This document shows, in pieces, positions 24,388 through 34,093 of a DNA stretch of 64,000 nt. The notes below the pieces were generated by a model, which was not told the origin of the DNA, made no database searches, and saw nothing but the letters and a program-made list of their open reading frames with translations. The translations under genes and the position numbers were made by a program. How positions within the stretch are numbered: the stretch's first letter is position 1; each line of letters opens with the position of its first letter. The stretch covers positions 288,001 to 352,000 of the forward strand of contig JBMNFL010000001.1 in NCBI GenBank assembly GCA_050949315.1, read 5' to 3'. The stretch comes from Bacilli bacterium. GTDB taxonomy: Bacteria; Bacillota_I; Bacilli_A; RFN20; UBA1709.

Positions 24388-26796
24388 ATGAAAAACTACG
24401 ATATTAAAAAAGTCGAGAAAAAATGGCAGGATTTCTGGTATAGTAATTCTTCTTTCACAGCCGTTGACTTTAGTGAAAAAACCAAATACTATGCTTTGAT
24501 CGAATTTCCATATCCCAGTGGTACAGGTATGCATGTTGGCCACATTAAAGCCTTTACTTCCCTTGATGTTGTCGCTCGTAAAAAGCGGATGGAAGGTTAT
24601 AATGTGCTTTTTCCCATTGGTTTTGATGCCTTTGGCTTACCGACTGAAAACTACGCCATTAAAACAGGAATTCATCCTCGCGAAGTAACCAATAGAAATA
24701 TTAAAATTTTTACTAACCAATTAAAAAGGGCTGGTTTTTCCTTTGATTTTAGTCGCGTGGTTGATACTACTCAAGCCGATTACTATAAATGGACTCAATG
24801 GATTTTCCTTAAACTTTTTGAAAAGGGCTTGGCCTATAAAGCTCATAGTTATGTCAATTATTGTCCCTCTTGTCAAGTAGTTTTAGCCAATGAAGATTCC
24901 CAAGGTGGACAATGTGATCGCTGCGGTAGTGAGGTTATTCAAAAAGAAAAGGATGTTTGGTTCTTAAAAATAACCGCTTATTCTGAAAGTTTATTAGAAG
25001 GACTTGAACATGTCGATTATCTTCCGCGTATTAAAATGGAACAGATCAATTGGATAGGCAAAAGCGAAGGCGTGGAAGTAAAGTTTAAAATCAAAGAAAA
25101 TAACGAGGATTTATTGATTTTCACCACTAGAGCCGATACTCTTTTTGGGGTTACTTTTATGGTTATAGCCCCTGAACATCCCTTAATTGAAAGATTAAAA
25201 GATAAGATTGAAAACTATTCAGAACTGCAAGAATATCGTAATTTAGCCGCCCATAAGACCGAATTTGAACGCCTGCAGATGAACAAAGGTAAAACAGGTG
25301 TGAGAATTATAGGCCTTAATGCCATAAATCCGGTTAACGGCAAGGTCATACCTATTTTCGTTGCTGATTATGTAATGTTAGCCTATGGAACGGGAGCCAT
25401 TATGGCGGTTCCTGCTCATGATAGTCGCGATTTTAGCTTTGCTAAAGAACATGATTGTCCCATTATTGAAGTCATCAAAGGTGGCGACATTAATAAAGAG
25501 GCTTATACCGACATTGAAGAGGGCATTCTTTGTAACTCCGATTTTTTAAATGGTTTAGGTGTTAAAGAGGCCCAAGTGAAGATAACAGAATACCTCGTGT
25601 CGCGGGGTATTGGGGAAAAGATGATAAATTACAAGATGAAAGACTGGGCGTTTAATAGGCAACGCTACTGGGGTGAACCGATACCAATTATAAAATGTCC
25701 ACATTGTGGTTATGTTGCCGATAACAATTTACCTCTCAAATTGCCAGAGATGGAGCATTTCCAACCAGGAACCGATGGTGAATCCCCCTTAGCCAGTCTA
25801 AAAGACTGGGTTAGAGTAAAATGCCCCATTTGTAACCAGATGGCTGAGCGAGAAACAGATACCATGCCCCAATGGGCTGGTTCTAGTTGGTATTTCTTGC
25901 GCTATTGCGATCCTCACAATAATAAAGAGTTAGCTAGCTATGACAAAATGAAATACTGGCTGCCTGTTGATTGGTACAACGGGGGAATGGAACATGTCAC
26001 CCGTCATATGATTTACTCCCGTTTTTGGAATCAATTCCTTTACGATGAGGGCATTGTGCCCGTTAAAGAGCCTTATGCCAGAAGAACCGCTGTCGGCTTG
26101 ATTCTTGGCGAAGATGGCGAAAAGATGTCAAAATCCAGGGGAAATATCGTCGATCCTATAGATATTATTAACGAATATGGTGCTGATACTTTAAGAACTT
26201 ATATTCTCTTCCTAGGTGAATATGAACAACCAAGCCCTTGGAGCGAGGCGGGTATAAAAGGCTGTAAACGTTTCTTAGATCGGATTTATCGTTTCCTAGA
26301 AAAAGTTGATTTCCAAGCAAAAAGTTATAGCAAAGAACTTGAAGGTCCCATCAATAAAACCATTAAAGATGTTGGTAGTGACATTGAAAATGTCAAGTTT
26401 AATACGGCTATTTCTAAACTTATGACTCTCAGTAATGAATATGCCAAATATCCAAAATTGAGTAAAAAAGATTTAGAAACTTTTATCGCCCTACTAAATC
26501 CCTTCGCCCCCCATCTTTGTGAAGAGATCAATGAACAATTAGGCAATAATTATTCTATGGTTAACACAAAATGGCCAAATTACGATGAAAGTAAGACCAT
26601 CGATAATACTGTAATAATTGCCGTTCAAGTCAATGGCAAACTAAGAGGAACTTTCCCCATTGCCAAAGATAGCGATAAAAAAGCCTTAGAAGAGAAGGCT
26701 TTAGAGCTAGAAAGCATAAAGCAGCATATAACAGGAAAAACAATTCGTAAAATTATCGTTGTTCCTAACAAAATAGTCAATATAGTAGTTAATTAG
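24388..26796 (+). CDS. leuS: Leucine--tRNA ligase
   Basis: FPYPSG..MHVGH, RQRYWGEPIP and KMSKS motifs. Confidence 0.97.
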   Translation: MKNYDIKKVEKKWQDFWYSNSSFTAVDFSEKTKYYALIEFPYPSGTGMHVGHIKAFTSLDVVARKKRMEGYNVLFPIGFDAFGLPTENYAIKTGIHPREVTNRNIKIFTNQLKRAGFSFDFSRVVDTTQADYYKWTQWIFLKLFEKGLAYKAHSYVNYCPSCQVVLANEDSQGGQCDRCGSEVIQKEKDVWFLKITAYSESLLEGLEHVDYLPRIKMEQINWIGKSEGVEVKFKIKENNEDLLIFTTRADTLFGVTFMVIAPEHPLIERLKDKIENYSELQEYRNLAAHKTEFERLQMNKGKTGVRIIGLNAINPVNGKVIPIFVADYVMLAYGTGAIMAVPAHDSRDFSFAKEHDCPIIEVIKGGDINKEAYTDIEEGILCNSDFLNGLGVKEAQVKITEYLVSRGIGEKMINYKMKDWAFNRQRYWGEPIPIIKCPHCGYVADNNLPLKLPEMEHFQPGTDGESPLASLKDWVRVKCPICNQMAERETDTMPQWAGSSWYFLRYCDPHNNKELASYDKMKYWLPVDWYNGGMEHVTRHMIYSRFWNQFLYDEGIVPVKEPYARRTAVGLILGEDGEKMSKSRGNIVDPIDIINEYGADTLRTYILFLGEYEQPSPWSEAGIKGCKRFLDRIYRFLEKVDFQAKSYSKELEGPINKTIKDVGSDIENVKFNTAISKLMTLSNEYAKYPKLSKKDLETFIALLNPFAPHLCEEINEQLGNNYSMVNTKWPNYDESKTIDNTVIIAVQVNGKLRGTFPIAKDSDKKALEEKALELESIKQHITGKTIRKIIVVPNKIVNIVVN

Positions 26797-26821
26797 TAGT
26801 TTTTAGGCGTTTTTTAGTAGT
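26796..26821 (+). repeat. 26-bp dispersed intergenic repeat, copy 2
   Basis: GTAGTTTTTAGGCGTTTTTTAGTAGT. Confidence 0.6.
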
Positions 26822-26823
26822 GC

Positions 26824-26845
26824 AGACTCCCATAGGGAGTCTTTT
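26824..26845 (+). terminator. Terminator after leuS
   Basis: AGACTCCC-ATA-GGGAGTCT followed by Ts. Confidence 0.85.
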
Positions 26846-26969
26846 GTTTTTCGCCTTTTTTTATAAAATTATGGATAAAATAAGCAAATTTGAGCAATTA
26901 ATAATCAATATTTATACTTTTAAGTAGACAGATTACCAATCTGTGGGTATAATATTTTTGTCTAAAATA

Positions 26970-27000
26970 GTCCTGTACTACCTAGCAGGTAGATGGGAAC
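26970..27000 (+). promoter_or_regulatory. Bulged-A hairpin in the coaX leader (pan-motif-like)
   Basis: G-UCCUGU-a-CUACCU-AGC-AGGUAG-AUGGGA-a-C between the -10 box (26948-26953) and the SD. Confidence 0.45.
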
Positions 27001-27014
27001 GAGGAGGAGACATC

Positions 27015-27782
27015 ATGATAGTTGTATTTGACTTAGGTAATTCCGATTTATCATTCGGTGTATTCAAAGATGATCATCTGATCGCGAGTTTCAGAACAAG
27101 TTCTGACCGCCGTCGCAGTGTCGATGAATATGCCAATATAATCAGGGGATTACTTTTTTCAAAAGGAGTGAATGCTGAAAAAGTTGAGGGAACTATTCTT
27201 TCATCAGTTGTGCCCCAACTATCAAAAGTCTTAAGTTCAGCAATCAAGCGCGCTTTCGGTAAAGAAACGATGCTACTTGGTCCGGGTTGCAAAACTGGCC
27301 TCAAAATTAGGGCAGATAATCCCAACGAAGTTGGTTCAGATCTCGTCGCTGTCTGTGTTGGAGCTATGAAACATTACAAACTCCCCATTGTGATTGTAGA
27401 TTTCGGAACTGCCACCAAAATTTTAGGCATTAATTCTAGCGGTTTGTATTGTGGGGTTGCTATTTTACCTGGAGTAAAATCTTCAGCAGAAGGTCTAGTA
27501 AGCATTGCTTCGCAATTACCACACATCAGTTTAGTTAAGCCTAAAAAAGTTTTAGGGACCAATACCGTTGATGCGATGAATTCGGGTTTAGTCTATGGGA
27601 ATGCCTCCATGGCCGATGGGATGATTCGTAAGTACGAACGTGAGATGGGAGAAAAGTGTACAAGGTTATTAACCGGTGGTCTCGCATCTACTATCTCAGT
27701 GGCGATGGAAGAGGAGCATATTCTCGACAAAAACCTGGTTCTCTATGGTCTATTTGAGATCTTTCAACGGAATCGCAAATAA
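27015..27782 (+). CDS. coaX: Type III pantothenate kinase
   Basis: DLGNS, SSVVP, VGSD, VDFGTAT and TGG motifs. Confidence 0.93.
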   Translation: MIVVFDLGNSDLSFGVFKDDHLIASFRTSSDRRRSVDEYANIIRGLLFSKGVNAEKVEGTILSSVVPQLSKVLSSAIKRAFGKETMLLGPGCKTGLKIRADNPNEVGSDLVAVCVGAMKHYKLPIVIVDFGTATKILGINSSGLYCGVAILPGVKSSAEGLVSIASQLPHISLVKPKKVLGTNTVDAMNSGLVYGNASMADGMIRKYEREMGEKCTRLLTGGLASTISVAMEEEHILDKNLVLYGLFEIFQRNRK

Positions 27783-27800
27783 CTTTGTTATTTGTAACAT

Positions 27801-27875
27801 TTTCGACTCCGGTCGAGCACTTCACAAAACTATTTAAGTTTGTACAAGTATTACGGGACCTTAAATGGCCAGTAA
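27801..27875 (+). ncRNA. pan RNA motif-like cis-regulatory structure
   Basis: Hairpins UUCGAC-UCCG-GUCGAG and UUAC-g-GG-a-CC-UUAAAU-GG-CC-a-GUAA just upstream of the ECF S-component SD. Confidence 0.5.
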
Positions 27876-27890
27876 AGAAAGGAAAGAAAA

Positions 27891-28481
27891 ATGAAAAATA
27901 GTTTAAAAATTCGCCGAATAACAGGTATCGCCCTGTTAATCGCAGTTGAGGTAGCCTTAGGCTTCCTTGGAAATTATGTCAGTATTGGTCAAGTCAATCT
28001 TAATCTAGCTCTTATTCCCATTGCTGTCGGTGCCTGCATATTTGGACCACTCTGTGGTTTGGCCCTAGGTATTATCAACGGACTCATTGCCCTAATTGCT
28101 CCCGCAACTATGGCTTTTTTTGTGCCCCACAACCTAATTGCCACCATCGTTGTTTGCTTGGCCAAAACAGGTTTAGCTGGTTTAGTTGCTGGCTTCATCT
28201 ACAGGGGCTTAAAAAGCAAAAGTGAACTAGTTGCTGTTATTTTGGCTTCAATCGCTATTCCAGTGGTTAATACTGGCTTATTTATTATTGGTGTCTTCGC
28301 CTTCTTCATGCCAGTTTATGAGGGCTGGGCGGGTGAAGGAGCTAATGTTTATCTCTATGTTATTACCGCAACATTGACAGTTAATTTCTTAATTGAACTG
28401 GTTATTAATGCCGGTTTAGCTACTACCGTTCATCGTATTATCAAAGTCGTTAGCAAAAGACAAAACAACAATCATGTCTAG
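27891..28481 (+). CDS. ECF transporter S component, probably pantothenate (PanT)
   Basis: IPIAVG...GP..G..LG and P.VNTGLF motifs; directly after coaX. Confidence 0.8.
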   Translation: MKNSLKIRRITGIALLIAVEVALGFLGNYVSIGQVNLNLALIPIAVGACIFGPLCGLALGIINGLIALIAPATMAFFVPHNLIATIVVCLAKTGLAGLVAGFIYRGLKSKSELVAVILASIAIPVVNTGLFIIGVFAFFMPVYEGWAGEGANVYLYVITATLTVNFLIELVINAGLATTVHRIIKVVSKRQNNNHV

Positions 28482-28515
28482 AATGAATTTGTTAAATAGA
28501 AAGTAGTGAAAATTG

Positions 28516-29886
28516 ATGAAAAGTTATAAAAATGAAGTTTTAAAAAAGAAAGATGAGATGGTCAAAGACTTACAAGCTTGGATTGCTCAAAAAGGCGTTT
28601 ATGATCCAAACACCATCAAAGATGGTGCTCCCTTTGGTCATGATGTGGCCAACAGTCTAAAATGGATTGAAGAGAAAGCTAAAAGCGATGGTTTTAATGT
28701 AAAAAACCACGAGGGCTACTGTATAGAAATCACCCATGGTGAAGGTAAGGAATGCGTGATGGTTTTAGCCCATGCTGATGTGGTTCCCGAAGGTAAGGGT
28801 TGGACATATCCACCCTACGGTGGGGAAGTCCATAATGGTTTAATCTATGGGAGGGGCGCTAGTGATGACAAAGGTCCTGCACTTGCTTCTTACTATGCCT
28901 TAAAAATTCTTAAAGAACAGAATATCAAACTCAAACGCCAGATTAAAATTGTCATAGGTGGCAACGAAGAATCCGGTTCAAAATGTCTAAAATATTACTT
29001 TAAAGAAAAAAAGCATCCTGCTCCGACATATGGTTTTACTCCTGATGCCGATTTCCCCTTAATTTACGGTGAAAAAGGTATTATGACCTATGTTTATGAG
29101 GGAGAATTTAGTGATAACCTAATCGCTAGTTTTGAGGCTGGTTTAGCAGCCAATGCCGTGCCTAGCGAATGTGAAATGGTCCTAAAAAGAGAACTTCATT
29201 TACAAAAGGCTTTTACTAAATGGATGCAAAGGCATAATTTTAAAGGCGAATATGAAGAAAAAGAGGGTAAAACCTATCTTAAATTTCATGGTAAAGCCTC
29301 CCATGGGGCCTTCCCTGAGGGGGGAATCAACGCTTTTACCATGCTTTTATACTGGGTTGGTAAGTATACCAACAGTGATTTTGCCAAACATTTTGGTACC
29401 GCTTTAAGTTGCTATTATGGTCGTAGAATTGGTATCGCTTATTATGGCGAACCGATGGGACCTCTTACTATGAATGTCGGAATCGCCCGTTATGATGGTC
29501 AAAAGTACCAACTTGTCATCAATATTCGTTATCCCAACAATATAACAGGATCGATGGTCGCGAGAGTTTTGGATCGCTCAATTATGCACCGCGGTTCTTT
29601 AGTCAGTGATTCTAAACCTCTTTACATGGATCCTAAGTCCCCCTTTATCAAAACCTTACTAAAGGTCTACCAAGAAGAAACGGGTGATTATAAACAAAAA
29701 CCCATGACAATTGGTGGAGGCACATATGCTAGAGAGACCGAAAATACCGTGGCTTATGGTATGAACTTCCATCGCGATAACGGAACTGGCAATATTCACA
29801 GTCCCGATGAGGCTTTAAATATTGAAGATTTAGTTGATGGGGCGAGCATTTACGCACGGGCCCTTGAGGAGTTGTGTAATTTATAA
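28516..29886 (+). CDS. pepV: M20 dipeptidase PepV/Sapep
   Basis: HADVVP, GRGASDDKGP, NEE, GGGTYAR and HSPDE motifs. Confidence 0.9.
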   Translation: MKSYKNEVLKKKDEMVKDLQAWIAQKGVYDPNTIKDGAPFGHDVANSLKWIEEKAKSDGFNVKNHEGYCIEITHGEGKECVMVLAHADVVPEGKGWTYPPYGGEVHNGLIYGRGASDDKGPALASYYALKILKEQNIKLKRQIKIVIGGNEESGSKCLKYYFKEKKHPAPTYGFTPDADFPLIYGEKGIMTYVYEGEFSDNLIASFEAGLAANAVPSECEMVLKRELHLQKAFTKWMQRHNFKGEYEEKEGKTYLKFHGKASHGAFPEGGINAFTMLLYWVGKYTNSDFAKHFGTALSCYYGRRIGIAYYGEPMGPLTMNVGIARYDGQKYQLVINIRYPNNITGSMVARVLDRSIMHRGSLVSDSKPLYMDPKSPFIKTLLKVYQEETGDYKQKPMTIGGGTYARETENTVAYGMNFHRDNGTGNIHSPDEALNIEDLVDGASIYARALEELCNL

Positions 29887-29889
29887 ACT

Positions 29890-30543
29890 ATGCGGCAAAG
29901 AAAGTTAAAATGGGCGGAAGATTATCTTAAAAAGACCACGTTTTTAGTCCGAGATTTCCCTAGTTATTTAGCTAAAAACGCCCTTTTAGAATTAGAAATC
30001 GGCTGTGGCAAAGGAACTTTTCTTGTTAAAAAAGCGGAGTTAAATCCTAAAATTAACTACCTCGGTGTCGATATTCAAAGTTCCTGCCTGGCCCAAGCTA
30101 TTAAAAAGGCCGAACTAGCCGAACTTGATAATCTCCATTTTGCTTTAATCAATGCGGAAAGCTTGTTAGAGAAATTTGGGGCCAATCGTTTCCAAAGCAT
30201 CTATCTTAACTTCTGTGACCCTTGGCCTAAAGCACGGCATGAAAAAAGACGTTTAACTAATCCTAAATTCTTAGAGATTTACTATCAACTTTTGCTCCCC
30301 GGTGGCGAGATTATTTTTAAAACCGATAATCAATCTTTGTTTGACTATTCTGCCTTAACTTTCAAGGCCTCGGCTTTAAAAATAATAAGTGCAGAGAGCG
30401 ATTATCAAGCAAGTTCTGATGAAATCATCAGTGAATACGAAGAAAAATTTCGTAATAAAGGACAACAAATCGCGCGAATTATCGCCAAAAAAGAAAAGGA
30501 GGGTGTCATCAATGTTAGAACTAGAACTGAAAAAACAGGGTAA
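29890..30543 (+). CDS. trmB: tRNA (guanine-N7)-methyltransferase
   Basis: LEIGCGKG, NF.DPWPK.RH.KRRL and FKTDN motifs. Confidence 0.95.
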   Translation: MRQRKLKWAEDYLKKTTFLVRDFPSYLAKNALLELEIGCGKGTFLVKKAELNPKINYLGVDIQSSCLAQAIKKAELAELDNLHFALINAESLLEKFGANRFQSIYLNFCDPWPKARHEKRRLTNPKFLEIYYQLLLPGGEIIFKTDNQSLFDYSALTFKASALKIISAESDYQASSDEIISEYEEKFRNKGQQIARIIAKKEKEGVINVRTRTEKTG

Positions 30544-31603
30544 AATTAAACGTTTAACCAACAAAACCTTTAAATTTGATGAACGAATTCGGGATGGGTG
30601 GTATACCGCAACTTACTTCTTAAAAACAGAAAAAATTGTAAGAAAACACGCCAAAGACACTATTGTTACTCTTCAATTTTTCCAAAGACAAGATCGGGCC
30701 ATTCTCTGTGGTATTGATGAGGCCATCGCTTTAGTCAAGACCTTTGCTCGCAATCAAGAAAAGCTGATCATTGAAGCCTTAAATGATGGCGATATAATTA
30801 TGGCTGGCGAACCTGTTTTAAAAATAACAGGTCATTATCAGGATTTTGGCTTTTTGGAAAATTTGATTGATGGGGTTTTAGCTAGAAGAACCTCAGTGGC
30901 TACTCATGTCTACAACACTATGAAAGCGGCGGCACCAACGCCCATCTTCTTCATGGGTGATCGTCAAGATGACTTCCGCAATCAACAGGGTGATGGCTAC
31001 GCTTCCTATATTGCAGGCGTCGCAGCCCAGTGCACTTTCGCCCACGGTGAATGGTGGGGTGGTGATGGGGGCGGAACCACACCTCATGCCTTGATTCAAA
31101 TTATGGAAGGTGACACTGTAAAAGCCGCTGTGTGCTACGCTGATGTCTACCCTGATGAGAAAATAACCGCTTTAGTTGACTTCAATAACGATGTTATTAA
31201 AGATTCGCTAGCCGTTGCCAAGGTTTTAAAAGAGCGCCTGGGGGCGGTGCGAGTGGATACCAGCGATACTTTGGTTGACCATTATTTTGATAAACTAAGT
31301 GAAAAAGAAAAGACCGGCTTAAAAATAAATGGTGTCAATCCAACCCTGATTAAAGCCTTACGAAAAGCCTTGGATGAGGCCGGTTTTCCCTATGTTAAAA
31401 TCGTCGTTTCCAGTGGCTTCGATATTGAAAAAATCAAATGGTTTAAAAAGGAAAATACCCCTGTGGACTCCTACGGTATAGGAAATTCCTTACTTAAAAT
31501 CAACATCGGCTTTACTGGGGATTTAGTCCGCCGCAACGGCAAAGAACTCGCCAAAGCTGGTCGGCGCGATGTTCCAAGTAGTCGCTTAGAAAAGGTTGAG
31601 TAA
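30512..31603 (+). CDS. pncB: Nicotinate phosphoribosyltransferase
   Basis: GTTPHAL, LVDFNND, VRVDTS and SSGF motifs; SD AGGAGG. Confidence 0.85.
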   Translation: MLELELKKQGKIKRLTNKTFKFDERIRDGWYTATYFLKTEKIVRKHAKDTIVTLQFFQRQDRAILCGIDEAIALVKTFARNQEKLIIEALNDGDIIMAGEPVLKITGHYQDFGFLENLIDGVLARRTSVATHVYNTMKAAAPTPIFFMGDRQDDFRNQQGDGYASYIAGVAAQCTFAHGEWWGGDGGGTTPHALIQIMEGDTVKAAVCYADVYPDEKITALVDFNNDVIKDSLAVAKVLKERLGAVRVDTSDTLVDHYFDKLSEKEKTGLKINGVNPTLIKALRKALDEAGFPYVKIVVSSGFDIEKIKWFKKENTPVDSYGIGNSLLKINIGFTGDLVRRNGKELAKAGRRDVPSSRLEKVE

Positions 31604-31695
31604 CCAATATTTAATGATTTTCACTAAAAAGCACTGCTTTTTATGATAAAGAGTGTTATAATCATAAAGGAATTTTTAGAAGGAGGCGTTCTATA

Positions 31696-32670
31696 ATGTT
31701 TGAAAGTTTACTTAAAATTTTAAAAGAAAATCGAAGAACTTTGGTTCTTCCCGAAGGCGAAGATCCCCGAATTTTGGAGGCGGCGGCGCGCTTAAAAGCC
31801 GATGATGTTTTGGATCCTATTCTATTAGGCGATGTTAAAAAGGTTGAAGAGTTAGCTAAAAAACATGGCTTCAATATTAAAGGCATCAAAATCATCGATC
31901 CTCATAACTATGAGCACTTTGATAAAATGGTCGAACAGCTCTTTGCCCTAAGGAAAGGTAAGATGTGTAAAGAAGACTGTATAAGCAATCTTTATAAAAC
32001 CAATTATTTTGGAACCATGTTAGTTAAAATGGGCTTAGCTGATGGCTTACTAGGTGGTGCGACTTACTCCACCGCTGATACCGTTAGACCGGCCTTACAA
32101 ATCGTCAAAACCAAGCCTGGCAATAACATCGTTTCTTCCTGCTTCGTCATGGCTAGGAAAAGACAAGATGGCTCTGATGAAATCTATGTCATGGGCGACT
32201 GTGCTATCTGCATTAATCCTAGTGAAGATGAATTAGTCGAAATTGCTAATGAAACCGCTAGAACAGCGAAGATTTTCGGACTTGAGCCCTATGTGGCCAT
32301 GCTTTCTTATTCAACCCTAGGTTCAGGTAAGGGTGACAGTGTTGATTTAGTCAAAAATGCGACCGCGAAAATCAAGGCCCAAAATCCTTGGTATCACGTT
32401 GATGGAGAATTCCAATTTGATGCCGCCTTCTCACCCACGGTTGCCAAAACTAAAGCCCCGAACTCACCAGTAGCTGGTAAGGCTAACACCTTTATCTTCC
32501 CGATGATTGAGGCGGGTAATATTGGTTATAAAATCGCCCAACGCCTAGGTGGCTTTGAAGCCTATGGTCCCATCCTTCAAGGTTTAAATGCCCCCATTAA
32601 TGATCTTTCAAGAGGCTGCAATGCCGATGAAGTCTATCAGATGGCGATTATCACCGCCGCTTTAAAATAG
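31696..32670 (+). CDS. pta: Phosphate acetyltransferase
   Basis: LPEGED.R, DGEFQFDAA, GNIGYK and NDLSRGC motifs. Confidence 0.96.
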   Translation: MFESLLKILKENRRTLVLPEGEDPRILEAAARLKADDVLDPILLGDVKKVEELAKKHGFNIKGIKIIDPHNYEHFDKMVEQLFALRKGKMCKEDCISNLYKTNYFGTMLVKMGLADGLLGGATYSTADTVRPALQIVKTKPGNNIVSSCFVMARKRQDGSDEIYVMGDCAICINPSEDELVEIANETARTAKIFGLEPYVAMLSYSTLGSGKGDSVDLVKNATAKIKAQNPWYHVDGEFQFDAAFSPTVAKTKAPNSPVAGKANTFIFPMIEAGNIGYKIAQRLGGFEAYGPILQGLNAPINDLSRGCNADEVYQMAIITAALK

Positions 32671-32681
32671 TTTTAAAAAAT

Positions 32682-32707
32682 AAAAGAAGGGATTTTCCCT
32701 TCTTTTT
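32682..32707. terminator. Bidirectional terminator between pta and ispG
   Basis: AAAAGAAGGGA-TTT-TCCCTTCTTTT. Confidence 0.85.
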
Positions 32708-33746
32708 ACATCTTTTCAATCTCTTCTTTTAAGACGCGAACGATATCTTTCTCGTCAATCTTTTTAATAATTTTTCCTTTTTTAAATAAAGCCGCTTGCC
32801 CTAATCCTCCGGCGATACCGATATCGGCTTCTTTTGCTTCTCCAGGTCCATTGACCACACAGCCCATAACCGCGACTTTGATGTTTTTATTTAACTCATC
32901 CAAATAGGCCTTAACTTCCTGGACAATCGGCATTAAATCAATTTGACAGCGACCGCAGGTTGGACAGGCAATTAGGGTTGGATAATTTTCATAGAGATTA
33001 AAGGCTTTTAATAATTCTTTACAAGCGCTTATTTCCATTTTCGGTTCAGCGTTCATCGAGATGCGAATAGTATCACCAATACCTTCTTTTAGAAGAATTC
33101 CTAAACCAGCCCCAGAGCGCAGACAACTAGTGAAGCAATCACCAGCCTCAGTAATCCCTAGATGCAAGGGATAGGGGAAGGTTTCAGCAGCCAGTTCATA
33201 AGCCCGTATTGTCGTTAAAACATCGGAACTTTTTAAAGAGATGACAATATCATAAAAGTCTAGTTCTTCTAATCTTTTAACATAGTCTTTAGCACTACTA
33301 ACTAAGGCTAGGGCCTGATCTTTATAATCGCTGACACTACTAGGTAAAGAGCCGCTGTTGACACCGATTCTAATTGGAATTTTCTTGTTTTTACAAGCGT
33401 CAACAATTAATTTTAGGTGTTCGACCTGCATATTGCCGGGATTAATACGAATTTTATCGGCTCCATTTTCAATAGCTAAAAGCGCCAAACGATAATCAAA
33501 GTGAATATCGGCAATTAAAGGGATATGAATCTCTTCTTTAATCGCTTTTATAGCTTCGGCGTCTTCTTGATCTAAGATAGCAACGCGAATTAGCTCACAA
33601 CCCCGCTTTTCAAGGTCGAGAATTTGCGCAATTGTCGTTTGGGTATCTTTGGTCTTAGTCGTGGTCATTGATTGAATCAAGACCTTATTTTGACCACCCA
33701 TTGTTAAATTAGCGATTTTAACCGGTCGTGTGTTCCATCTTTTCAT
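32706..33746 (-). CDS. ispG: HMBPP synthase (MEP pathway)
   Basis: QSMT, ADIHFD, RINPGN, CPTCGR and GCVVNGPGE motifs. Confidence 0.96.
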   Translation of the reverse strand: MKRWNTRPVKIANLTMGGQNKVLIQSMTTTKTKDTQTTIAQILDLEKRGCELIRVAILDQEDAEAIKAIKEEIHIPLIADIHFDYRLALLAIENGADKIRINPGNMQVEHLKLIVDACKNKKIPIRIGVNSGSLPSSVSDYKDQALALVSSAKDYVKRLEELDFYDIVISLKSSDVLTTIRAYELAAETFPYPLHLGITEAGDCFTSCLRSGAGLGILLKEGIGDTIRISMNAEPKMEISACKELLKAFNLYENYPTLIACPTCGRCQIDLMPIVQEVKAYLDELNKNIKVAVMGCVVNGPGEAKEADIGIAGGLGQAALFKKGKIIKKIDEKDIVRVLKEEIEKM

Positions 33747-33901
33747 GTTATCACCGCCTTAATAATAGCATAAAAATTTACTTAATTTACAAGTTAAAAT
33801 TGAAAAGGCGATTTTTTTGATTTTTATAACATAAAACTCTAGAATTATTTAAGAATTTATGCTAGCATGATAGGGTATACCAGTTAGCGGAGGTGGCTAA
33901 A

Positions 33902-34051
33902 ATGCGGGAAAACATTATTTTTCGTTGCACGGTTTGTGGCGAAGAAAATTATATTGGTGACAAAAACAAGAAAAACCATCCTGAGCGGGTTGAAATCTTA
34001 AAATATTGCCCTCGTTGCAATAAAAAAACCACTCACAAAGAAAAGAAATAG
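33902..34051 (+). CDS. rpmG: 50S ribosomal protein L33 (zinc-binding type; not in ORF track)
   Basis: [49 protein letters not shown]; GGAGG SD. Confidence 0.95.
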   Translation: MRENIIFRCTVCGEENYIGDKNKKNHPERVEILKYCPRCNKKTTHKEKK

Positions 34052-34093
34052 ACCTGCTTGGGTTTATTTTCGTTTAAGGAGGGAAGTGCTTTA

